Below the pieces are notes generated by a model. It worked only from the letters and a program-made list of their open reading frames with translations. It was not told the origin of the DNA and did not search any database. The translations under genes and the position numbers were made by a program. This document shows positions 55,933 to 64,000 of a DNA stretch of 64,000 nucleotides, piece after piece (position 1 is the stretch's first letter; each line of letters opens with the position of its first letter). Source of the stretch: an uncultured Ignavibacterium sp. (GTDB taxonomy: Bacteria; Bacteroidota; Ignavibacteria; Ignavibacteriales; Ignavibacteriaceae); assembly GCA_937125135.1 (NCBI GenBank), contig CAKZLD010000146.1, positions 1,799-65,798 on the forward strand, read 5' to 3'.

Positions 55933-55950
55933 TTCTTCAATTCTAAGATT

Positions 55951-57141
55951 TTATAATTCGACGTGGCTTACACTTATAATATTAGGAAGTTCTCGTATTC
56001 GTTTTATCATGTCTGCTGAAGCGGCACTTCTTAGTTTCATCGTACAGCAAGCTGCAATTCCACCTTCGAAAATAATATTTTCAATTTCTTCAATATTGAT
56101 GTTCGCTTCTTTAATAATATCAAAGACGCTTGCAAGAACTCCGGGCTTATCATAATGTTTGACAACTAATTGATATTTCACATCAATTTGTTTTGCTCTG
56201 TTTACCCAATGGTCAATTACTCCGCTATGAACGAAATGCTTAATTATGTTAATCGTCTCTTGTGCAACAGCATCCTGTGCTTGTTCTGTTGAAGCTCCGA
56301 TATGATGAGTTACATAGATATTAGGATTATTTTGTAATATTGATTTAACTTCACCGCTCTTTCCTTCTGGCTCACCTTTAAAGACATCACAGGCATATCT
56401 AATATTTTTTTCTTTAATGGCTTCGAGCAAATCTTCCTCAATAACGATATCGTGCCGTGATGTATTTATAAGATAAGCGCCGTTTTTCATACAACTGAAC
56501 ATTTGTTTATTGAATAAACCTTTTGTCAATGGAGTTGCTGGAAGATGTATTGAAACGACATCACACAATTCCAGTAATTTATCCATCTCACTGAAATCTT
56601 TAATTGGTACTCCTTCAATTCGGGAAATATCTTTTCCATAAACATTCATCTCAAACGCAAGGGCTCTTTTTGCAACTTCTTTCCCTATATTTCCAACACC
56701 GATTAAACCAAGAGTTTTCCCTTTTAATCCTTTACCTTTTGAATATTTATCTTTATTCCAAATTCCATTATTAAAATCTGCAACATTATCTGGAATAAAT
56801 CTGTCGAGGGCTATCATCAGTCCCATGGTTAGTTCTGCCACTGCAACAGCATTCATCCCGGGGCAATTAGCAACATAAATTCCTTTTTTGTTAGCTGCTT
56901 GAATTGCAATATTGTTAACGCCTGAACCAGCTCTTATGATAAGATTTAATGTTTGACTCGAATTGATGGTTTCTTCATTCACTATTGTTGAACGAACTAC
57001 CAGAATATCAACATTCTCAGCTGCTTTTGGTAAATCTTTCTCACCAAGTTTTGGTTCATAAATAACTTCTAATCCAAGGTCTTTTAATTCCTGAATATAT
57101 TTTTCAGGGAATGTATCGGCGATTAGTACTTTTAATTTCAT
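55951..57141 (-). CDS. serA: D-3-phosphoglycerate dehydrogenase with C-terminal ACT domain
   Basis: GLIGVGNIGKEVAK (NAD motif), the catalytic region THHIGAST and an ACT-like C-terminus (VVKHYDKPGVLASVFDIIKEANINI). The start is ATG 57141 or 57147. Confidence 0.85.
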   Translation of the reverse strand: MKLKVLIADTFPEKYIQELKDLGLEVIYEPKLGEKDLPKAAENVDILVVRSTIVNEETINSSQTLNLIIRAGSGVNNIAIQAANKKGIYVANCPGMNAVAVAELTMGLMIALDRFIPDNVADFNNGIWNKDKYSKGKGLKGKTLGLIGVGNIGKEVAKRALAFEMNVYGKDISRIEGVPIKDFSEMDKLLELCDVVSIHLPATPLTKGLFNKQMFSCMKNGAYLINTSRHDIVIEEDLLEAIKEKNIRYACDVFKGEPEGKSGEVKSILQNNPNIYVTHHIGASTEQAQDAVAQETINIIKHFVHSGVIDHWVNRAKQIDVKYQLVVKHYDKPGVLASVFDIIKEANINIEEIENIIFEGGIAACCTMKLRSAASADMIKRIRELPNIISVSHVEL

Positions 57142-57167
57142 ATACAACCTCTTTTATTAAAATTAAA

Positions 57168-58832
57168 TTATTTATTCATATTAATCATAGGAATTTTGAT
57201 TTTCCAATTGTTTGCATTTTCGATTGCACGGGAATAACCTGCATCAGCGTGTCGGATGATTCCCATACCGGGATCATAGGTTAATACTCTTTGTAATCTT
57301 TCTTCAGCTTCTTTTGTTCCATCAGCAACTACAACCATTCCTGCGTGAATAGAATTACCAATTCCAACTCCACCTCCGTGATGGATTGATACCCAGCTTG
57401 CTCCACCAATACAATTTAACATAGCATTCAGCAAGGGCCAATCTGCAATTGCATCACTGCCATCAATCATTCCTTCAGTTTCACGATATGGTGAAGCAAC
57501 AGAGCCACAATCAAGATGATCTCTTCCGATTACGATTGGTGCTGATACTTTTCCTTCAGCGACAAGTTTATTGAAAATCAATCCCATCTTTGCTCTTTCA
57601 CCGTAACCAAGCCAACAAATTCTTGCAGGTAATCCCTGAAAGTGAACTTTTTTCTGAGCCATATCAATCCAGTTAATAAGCTGTTTATTCTCAGGAAAAG
57701 TTTCTTTTACTGCTTGATCTGTAACATAAATATCATTTGGATCACCGCTCAGTGCTGCCCATCTGAAAGGACCTTTACCATCACAAAAAAGTGGGCGAAT
57801 ATATTCGGGTACAAATCCGGGAATATCAAATGCATTTTCAACACCATTTGCTTTTGCTTCTCCGCGAATATTGTTTCCATAATCAAATACAATTGAACCG
57901 CGTTTTTGAAATTCCAACATTGCTCTGAGATGTACAACGATAGTCTGCTTTGAAAGTTGAATATATTTTTCAGGATCATTTTTTCTTAAGTCAAATGCTT
58001 CTTCTAAACTCATATTCATCGGGACATAACCGTTCAAAGTGTCGTGTGCTGAAGTTTGATCTGTAACAATATCAGGAATAATATTTCTTTTTAGAATTTC
58101 AGGAAGAACTTCAGCAGCATTACCGACTAATCCAACTGATAGAGGTTGTTTATTCTCTTTAGCGTTTAATACTAATTCTAAAGCTTCATCCAAGTCTTTG
58201 GCAATTATATCAAGATAACCAGTATCAATTCTTTTTTGCAATCTTGAAATATCAACATCAACTCCGAGGAATGCAGCACCATTCATTGTTGCGGCTAATG
58301 GCTGAGCTCCACCCATTCCACCAATTCCACAAGTAAGTAAAAATTTTCCTTTCAAGTCAGAGTTGAAATGTTTTCTCCCACATTCAGCAAAAGTTTCATA
58401 AGTGCCTTGAAGAATTCCTTGAGTTCCAATATAAATCCAACTTCCGGCAGTCATCTGTCCGTACATAATCAAGCCAAGTTCTTCAAGTCTTCTGAATTCA
58501 TCCCAAGTAGCCCAGTGTGGCACAAGGTTGGAATTTGCGATAATTACTCTTGGGGCATTTGGATGTGTTTTGAATATTCCGACAGGTTTACCGGATTGAA
58601 CTAATAGTGTCTCATCATTATCAAGATTTTTCAGAGAATTTACAATTGCTTCAAAACTCTGCCAATTGCGTGCAGCTTTTCCTTTGCCACCATATACGAT
58701 AAGCTCAGATGGATTTTCAGCTACTTCAGGATCAAGATTGTTCATTAACATTCTTAAAGCAGCTTCCTGAATCCATCCTTTGCAAGTAAGCTCTTTCCCT
58801 CTTGGTGCCGAAATAATTTTTTCTTCAATCAT
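57168..58832 (-). CDS. hutU: Urocanate hydratase
   Basis: [65 protein letters not shown]. Length 554 aa. Confidence 0.93.
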   Translation of the reverse strand: MIEEKIISAPRGKELTCKGWIQEAALRMLMNNLDPEVAENPSELIVYGGKGKAARNWQSFEAIVNSLKNLDNDETLLVQSGKPVGIFKTHPNAPRVIIANSNLVPHWATWDEFRRLEELGLIMYGQMTAGSWIYIGTQGILQGTYETFAECGRKHFNSDLKGKFLLTCGIGGMGGAQPLAATMNGAAFLGVDVDISRLQKRIDTGYLDIIAKDLDEALELVLNAKENKQPLSVGLVGNAAEVLPEILKRNIIPDIVTDQTSAHDTLNGYVPMNMSLEEAFDLRKNDPEKYIQLSKQTIVVHLRAMLEFQKRGSIVFDYGNNIRGEAKANGVENAFDIPGFVPEYIRPLFCDGKGPFRWAALSGDPNDIYVTDQAVKETFPENKQLINWIDMAQKKVHFQGLPARICWLGYGERAKMGLIFNKLVAEGKVSAPIVIGRDHLDCGSVASPYRETEGMIDGSDAIADWPLLNAMLNCIGGASWVSIHHGGGVGIGNSIHAGMVVVADGTKEAEERLQRVLTYDPGMGIIRHADAGYSRAIENANNWKIKIPMINMNK

Positions 58833-58834
58833 AG

Positions 58835-59170
58835 TTAGTTCTTAAAATATTTTTCAAATAAATTATTGTATTGTTTGTAAAGTGATTTATAAATCCATTT
58901 TTTTAAAAACCATCCTCTTTTCATTTCTTTTGCGATATGATCTATATTTTGTTTCAGTTGAAAAGTGAGTTTTGTTTTTTCGTCTTTAGTAAATTTAATT
59001 GTTTGCTCAGTACTATTGAGTTTTGCAATAATAGAATTAAACGCTCTTTCTTCGGAAAAAAAATTCGGATTACCTGAAATTTGTTTCAATACTTGTGAGC
59101 AGTAAGTTTTAAGAAGCTTTCTCTCATTCTTATCAAATTCAAAATTGTAATTACTGAATAACTTTTTCAT
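58835..59170 (-). CDS. Hypothetical small protein (111 aa, Lys-rich)
   Basis: The ORF fills the add-hutU gap, overlaps the add 3' end by 20 nt and ends 2 nt before hutU. No motif is recognised. Confidence 0.4.
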   Translation of the reverse strand: MKKLFSNYNFEFDKNERKLLKTYCSQVLKQISGNPNFFSEERAFNSIIAKLNSTEQTIKFTKDEKTKLTFQLKQNIDHIAKEMKRGWFLKKWIYKSLYKQYNNLFEKYFKN

Positions 59171-60269
59171 TTTCTATATTGGAGTTATTAAAAGATAAAA
59201 TTTGTTCTCTTATTTTCTGATATCCGGGTTTAATTACATTATAAATGTAATGAAGTCTCTCAGTATGAGGAATAAAAGCTGATTTCATAGAGTTGATGGT
59301 AATTTTTTCAAAGTCATCGAAATTCAGATTAAAATATTTTACTGCGGTAAGAAATTCCTTTGTCATTGTTGTATCGCTCATCAATCTGTCATCGGTATTA
59401 AGAGTAACGCGGAATTTCTCTTTGAAGAAAATTCCAAAAGGATGATTTTCAATTTTGTCAACTGCTCCTGTATGAACATTGCTCAATAAACAACACTCCA
59501 GAGGAATTCTTTTATCAAGAACATATTGGGCCAAATCTCCAAATGCAACAACATTTCCATCGGAATCAAGAACAATATCTTCAATTAATCTGGTTGCGTG
59601 ACCAATTCGATGAGCTCCACACCACTGAATTGCCTGCCATATAGATTCTTTTCCAAAAGCTTCTCCGGCGTGTATTGTTATATTAAAGTTTGATCTCTGA
59701 ATAAACTGAAATGCTTCAATATGTTTCTTGGGCGGATAACCACCTTCTTCGCCAGCAAGATCAAAACCTACAACTCCATCTCTGCGAAAGTTTACAGCCA
59801 ACTCTGCAATTTCTAAAGTATTTTTCATATTCCTCATTCCACACAAAATCAGTCCATAGCCAACTCCAAAATCTCTTTTACCTTTTTCTAATCCTTCTAT
59901 GACTGCTTTAACAGTATCTTCAAGATAAAGTCCTTTATTAGTATGAAAAACTGGAGCGAACCTTGTTTCAACATAAACAACTCCATCATTTTTCATATCC
60001 TCCATCATTTCGTAAGCTACTCTGCTTAAAGCTTCTTTTGACTGCATAAGAGCAGTAGTGTGTTCGAAGCCTTCCAAATACTCGACAAGATTTCCTTTGT
60101 TAGCTCCTCTGTGAAACCATTCGGCGAGTTCTGCAGGGTCTTTTGTTGGTAATTTGTTATAATTAAATTCTGAAGCAAGCTCAATGAGGGTTTGAGGTCT
60201 CACTCCACCATCAAGATGATCGTGAAGCAAAACTTTTGGAATCGAACGAAGGATACTTTCTGTAGTCAT
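59151..60269 (-). CDS. add: Adenosine deaminase
   Basis: PKVLLHDHLDGGVRPQT, ITIHAGE, RIGHA and LNTDDRLMS (metal and catalytic motifs). Confidence 0.88.
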   Translation of the reverse strand: MTTESILRSIPKVLLHDHLDGGVRPQTLIELASEFNYNKLPTKDPAELAEWFHRGANKGNLVEYLEGFEHTTALMQSKEALSRVAYEMMEDMKNDGVVYVETRFAPVFHTNKGLYLEDTVKAVIEGLEKGKRDFGVGYGLILCGMRNMKNTLEIAELAVNFRRDGVVGFDLAGEEGGYPPKKHIEAFQFIQRSNFNITIHAGEAFGKESIWQAIQWCGAHRIGHATRLIEDIVLDSDGNVVAFGDLAQYVLDKRIPLECCLLSNVHTGAVDKIENHPFGIFFKEKFRVTLNTDDRLMSDTTMTKEFLTAVKYFNLNFDDFEKITINSMKSAFIPHTERLHYIYNVIKPGYQKIREQILSFNNSNIENEKVIQ

Positions 60270-60393
60270 AATTTTAGATTTCTTTATAGCAAAAATAATC
60301 CTTAATCCCCTCTAAAAACAATTTAAATCATTAACTCAAATTTTTTTAACTTAACGTTGTTGAATAAAATCTAATATTGAACTGAGAAAGGTT

Positions 60394-61104
60394 ATGATAT
60401 TTAGGAAAAAATATTCATTCAAAAATTATTTTCTAATTTTATCTCTTTTGATTATGCAGGAAATGATTATGTCTCAGGATAACCCGAATTATAAAATTCA
60501 AACTGAGTTGTATAATATTTATAAAACGAAATCAGCTGATATTGTTATGTTTGGAAATTCTTTAACAAGAGGAGTTGATTGGAATGAATTATTGGGAAGA
60601 GATGGGATTGTTAACAGAGGAATACCTTCAGATGTTTTAAGTGGATATAAGAAAAGATTAGATTACATCTTCAGGCTTAATCCTAAAGTCGTTTTTATAA
60701 TGGGTGGAATAAATGACATTTATAATTGGACTCCGGTTGATGAAATATTTAAAACTTATCAGGAAGTAGTTGCTGCATTGTTATCGCGTAAAATTAAAGT
60801 AGTTATTCAATCGGTTATTTACTCGGGCGAAAATTGGGGTGAAGAATGGTTGAAGCTTAATAAGCCCGAATTAAAAGCTTATGATGTTAATCTTGAAAGA
60901 AATAAGGAAGTTGATAAACTGAATTTACTGCTGAAAAATTTTGCATTAAGTAATAAAATATTATTTTTGGACATAAATTCTAGATTAAAAACAGGTAATT
61001 TCTTAAATAAGAATTATCACTATGATGGAATGCATCTTAATGCAAGAGGTTACAAAATTTGGGGAGAAGAAGTTGAAAAGGCAATCAAAGAACTAGGTTT
61101 ATAA
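60394..61104 (+). CDS. SGNH/GDSL-family hydrolase (secreted)
   Basis: Block I VMFGNSLTRG (catalytic Ser), block III GGINDI and block V DGMHLN (DxxH). Confidence 0.7.
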   Translation: MIFRKKYSFKNYFLILSLLIMQEMIMSQDNPNYKIQTELYNIYKTKSADIVMFGNSLTRGVDWNELLGRDGIVNRGIPSDVLSGYKKRLDYIFRLNPKVVFIMGGINDIYNWTPVDEIFKTYQEVVAALLSRKIKVVIQSVIYSGENWGEEWLKLNKPELKAYDVNLERNKEVDKLNLLLKNFALSNKILFLDINSRLKTGNFLNKNYHYDGMHLNARGYKIWGEEVEKAIKELGL

Positions 61105-61128
61105 AACTAAATATTAAAGGTTATCTCT

Positions 61129-62574
61129 ATGAAAAAAAATCTTAATGACTATCCCCTCGTTCTAACGGCTACAGTTTTCTTATTTGTAGCAATTCTTTCG
61201 TTTTTCCAATTCCAATACGATTTATTCGGTTTTACTTTAAAGAATGTTGATATTTTCTCAGATTTGAAGTCTAAACCAGAAGAACAACCAAAGAACCCAG
61301 AAAAGCCAGTAGAGGAAGATGATTTCTTTAAACCGCAATATGATTTGGAGCCAAACAACGATAATTTAGATACTACAAAAGACAAAAATAAAATTCACGA
61401 AAAAATTAGATCTTCAATTTTTAATCTTTTGCTCTCAGTCAATCCTAATGATACAATTTTTGTAAAAGGTTCGAAATTAGTTTTAAAAAATCAACCGATT
61501 ATAGGAAATGTTCAGCAATTAAAATTTTTCTTCGACGGATTGAATAAAACCAAATCTGAAGTAGTTCGAATTGCACATTTCGGCGATTCAATGATTGAAG
61601 GCGATCTTGTTACTGCGGATTTGAGAGAAGAATTACAAAAACGTTTTGGGGGAAATGGAGTTGGGCTTTTACCTATAGTTAGTCAGGATATAAATTTTCG
61701 TCAAACCACAAAAATGTCTTTTTCGAATGATTGGAAATCTGGAACATTGTATTCAGGAAATCCAAATAGATATCCTATAGGATTTAATGGAGAAACATTC
61801 GTCCCTGTTGCAGGAAGTTGGGTTGAATATTCAACTCCTCATTTTTATCCTTATTTAAGAAATTTCAGCACTGTAAAACTTCTTTATACAAATGCAAAAG
61901 CATCAAACGTTAATTTTACCTTTAGTGGAGGCGAAAAGAAAAGTGTAAAAATTATTCCCGGTCGAACGCTTAATATACTTAATGTTACTCCATCCAAACC
62001 TGCAACAAGTGTTAAAGTTGAATTTCCGCTTGAAGACCAAGCACACGTTTTTGGTGTAAGTCTGGAGAATGGAAATGGCTTATACATAGACAACTTCGCA
62101 TTAAGAGGAAATTCAGGAGTTGATTTAATAAAAATTGATGAAAATCTTATGAAAGAATTTGCGAGTAAGATGAATTATAAACTGATAATCTTTGAATTTG
62201 GTTTGAATGCTCTTGGTGCTTCAAAAGGCAATTTCAGTTCTTATGAAAAAAATATGATTAATGTAATCGAAACAATTAAGAAAAATTTTCCTAACACTTC
62301 CTTTCTAATGATAAGCGTTCAGGATAAGGGATTAAAAACTGATCCATTAGTTAAACAATTACTTGAAGCTCAGAAGAATATTGTTAAAGCTACCAATATT
62401 GCATTTTGGAATTTCTATGAAGTAATGGGCGGAGAAAATTCAATGGCAAATTGGGTCGATGCTAATCCTCCTCTTGCATCGAAAGATTATACTCATTTTA
62501 ATGAACGCGGTACTAAGAAGTTAGCTACAATGCTTGCTGAATCTTTAATTCAGGCATACAACAAGCTAAGATAA
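61129..62574 (+). CDS. Membrane-anchored SGNH-type hydrolase/acyltransferase with N-terminal extension
   Basis: TM helix LVLTATVFLFVAILSFF, a Pro/Glu-rich linker, then RIAHFGDSMIEGD (block I) and DYTHFNERG (DxxH). Confidence 0.6.
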   Translation: MKKNLNDYPLVLTATVFLFVAILSFFQFQYDLFGFTLKNVDIFSDLKSKPEEQPKNPEKPVEEDDFFKPQYDLEPNNDNLDTTKDKNKIHEKIRSSIFNLLLSVNPNDTIFVKGSKLVLKNQPIIGNVQQLKFFFDGLNKTKSEVVRIAHFGDSMIEGDLVTADLREELQKRFGGNGVGLLPIVSQDINFRQTTKMSFSNDWKSGTLYSGNPNRYPIGFNGETFVPVAGSWVEYSTPHFYPYLRNFSTVKLLYTNAKASNVNFTFSGGEKKSVKIIPGRTLNILNVTPSKPATSVKVEFPLEDQAHVFGVSLENGNGLYIDNFALRGNSGVDLIKIDENLMKEFASKMNYKLIIFEFGLNALGASKGNFSSYEKNMINVIETIKKNFPNTSFLMISVQDKGLKTDPLVKQLLEAQKNIVKATNIAFWNFYEVMGGENSMANWVDANPPLASKDYTHFNERGTKKLATMLAESLIQAYNKLR

Positions 62575-62576
62575 TA

Positions 62577-64000
62577 ATGGAATACATCGAACAGCTTTAT
62601 AATTTATTACTTTACAACGTAAAAGAACCTCTACTTTTTAATTCAGGATTTTTTCTTTATTTCTTTTTATTTGTTCTCATCTTCAACAAACTTTTCTCGA
62701 ATTATAAAAGAGCCAAAATAATTTTTCTGACAGTTTGCTCTATCTATTTTTACTATAAATCCAGCGGAATTTTTTTCATATTAGTTATTATCAGTTCAAT
62801 TATTGATTATGTGGCGGGAACTGTAATTTATAAAACGGATTATAAATTAAAAAGAAAAGCATTCCTAATTTTAAGTTTAGTCGGTAATCTTGGGATTCTT
62901 GGATATTTCAAGTACACCAATTTTTTTATTAGCAACGTAAATGGAATTTTCCAAACAGGTATCCCATTACAGGATATATTCTTGCCTGTTGGTGTTTCTT
63001 TTTTCACATTTCAATCAATGAGCTATACGATTGATATTTATAGAAATCAACTTAAACCAGAGAATAACTTTACTGATTTCTTGTTCTTCGTATCATTCTT
63101 CCCTCAATTAGTTGCTGGTCCTATTGTAAGAGCATCAAATTTTCTTCCGCAGATTCATACAAGAATTGAATTATCCAAAGCAGATATCGGTAAAGCCCTG
63201 TTCCTGATTATAGCAGGTTTACTAAAGAAAGCAGTTATAGCTGATTACATTAGCATTAACTTTGTTGACAGAGTGTTTGATTGGCCATTGCGATATTCGG
63301 GAGTAGAAAATTTACTTGCCTTGTATGGATATGTACTGCAAATTTATTGTGATTTCTCTGGCTATTCTGATATGGCAATAGGATTGGCTTTACTGATAGG
63401 TTTCAGATTGCCTGATAATTTTAATTCTCCATATAAAGCTACATCAATTACTGACTTTTGGAGAAGATGGCATTTATCTCTCTCTTCATGGCTACGTGAT
63501 TATCTTTATATTTCATTAGGTGGAAATAGAATAAGTAAAGTCAGAACATATATCAATCTAATGTTAACTATGCTTCTTGGAGGTTTGTGGCACGGAGCCT
63601 CGTGGAATTTTGTCATTTGGGGCGGGATTCACGGGATTGCTTTATCATTTGATAAATTTCTTAATTTCCCTCAAAGAATTCTTGCAAATAGATTTACAAA
63701 ATTTTTGGGAATTGTATTAACGTTTCATATTTGGACTGTTTCAATGTTATTCTTCCGTGCTCAATCAACTCAGCACGGAATTGATATGGTAACTCAAATT
63801 TTTACTTATTTTAAGCCGGAAGTTTTTCTTCAGTTTGTAAGCGGATATTCTGTTGTTTTTGCTTTAATAATTATTGGATTTTTAAGTCACTATACTCCTC
63901 CAAAATTAGAAGAATATATAAAAGAAAAATTAACAAGTGCTCCTTTATTTGCTCAAGCTGCAATTCTGACTTTGGTTATATGGATTGTAGTTCAATTTAA
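62577..64000 (+). CDS. MBOAT-family membrane O-acyltransferase (AlgI/DltB/PatA-like), 3' end truncated by the window
   Basis: Not in the ORF track because it runs off the right edge. My translation from ATG 62577 gives MEYIEQLYNLL...VSFFTFQSMSYTIDIYR...FFPQLVAGPIVRA...YCDFSGYSDMAIG...FWRRWHLSLSSWLRDYLYISLGGNR...GGLWHGASWNFVIWG, which includes the conserved MBOAT His. Confidence 0.85.
   Translation, partial: MEYIEQLYNLLLYNVKEPLLFNSGFFLYFFLFVLIFNKLFSNYKRAKIIFLTVCSIYFYYKSSGIFFILVIISSIIDYVAGTVIYKTDYKLKRKAFLILSLVGNLGILGYFKYTNFFISNVNGIFQTGIPLQDIFLPVGVSFFTFQSMSYTIDIYRNQLKPENNFTDFLFFVSFFPQLVAGPIVRASNFLPQIHTRIELSKADIGKALFLIIAGLLKKAVIADYISINFVDRVFDWPLRYSGVENLLALYGYVLQIYCDFSGYSDMAIGLALLIGFRLPDNFNSPYKATSITDFWRRWHLSLSSWLRDYLYISLGGNRISKVRTYINLMLTMLLGGLWHGASWNFVIWGGIHGIALSFDKFLNFPQRILANRFTKFLGIVLTFHIWTVSMLFFRAQSTQHGIDMVTQIFTYFKPEVFLQFVSGYSVVFALIIIGFLSHYTPPKLEEYIKEKLTSAPLFAQAAILTLVIWIVVQF

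Noticed and set aside
1-64000. A search for tRNA, rRNA, CRISPR arrays, IS elements, integrases and toxin-antitoxin or restriction-type defence genes.
   Set aside because: Intergenic regions are short, AT-rich and lack cloverleaf-like GC-rich segments or spaced direct repeats. No ORF shows transposase, integrase or nuclease hallmark motifs. This was judged by eye only.

Overview
AT-rich, gene-dense chromosomal segment with long co-directional gene arrays, many 4-nt ATGA overlaps and frequent TTG/GTG starts. Several secreted proteins end in a type IX secretion (T9SS) C-terminal sorting domain, and one gene encodes a PorV/PorQ-like barrel. Together with ATP synthase genes that stop at gamma (no beta/epsilon), this points to the Fibrobacteres-Chlorobi-Bacteroidetes group, possibly Ignavibacteria-like; that taxonomy is inference only. 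Most content is housekeeping: polysaccharide/LPS glycosyltransferases, nadK, htpX, bamD, a System I cytochrome c maturation operon (ccmABCDEF), recG, aat, arcC-argF, dnaE, trxA, atpZ/I/B/E/F/H/A/G, ffh, rpsP-KH-rimM-trmD-rplS, serA, hutU and add, plus an SGNH/SGNH/MBOAT O-acylation module running off the right edge. I found no rRNA, tRNA, CRISPR array, transposase or integrase. Three loci deserve a closer look. (1) A tightly overlapped minus-strand operon of two Ddl-like ATP-grasp ligases, a small GNAT and a KamA-type lysine 2,3-aminomutase (16.3-20.1 kb) matches no described pathway I know. (2) An outer-membrane cluster at 31.5-42.4 kb encodes a stand-alone BNR/T9SS protein, a TonB-dependent-receptor-like barrel, an 1161-aa T9SS cargo, a PorV/PorQ-like barrel and a GWxTD protein. 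(3) The System I ccm operon has a Cys-type (CxxxY) CcmE, a CcmD missing from the ORF track, and an FG-GAP protein and an HExxH/T9SS protease coupled upstream. All functional calls come from reading motifs by eye; no database search was possible.
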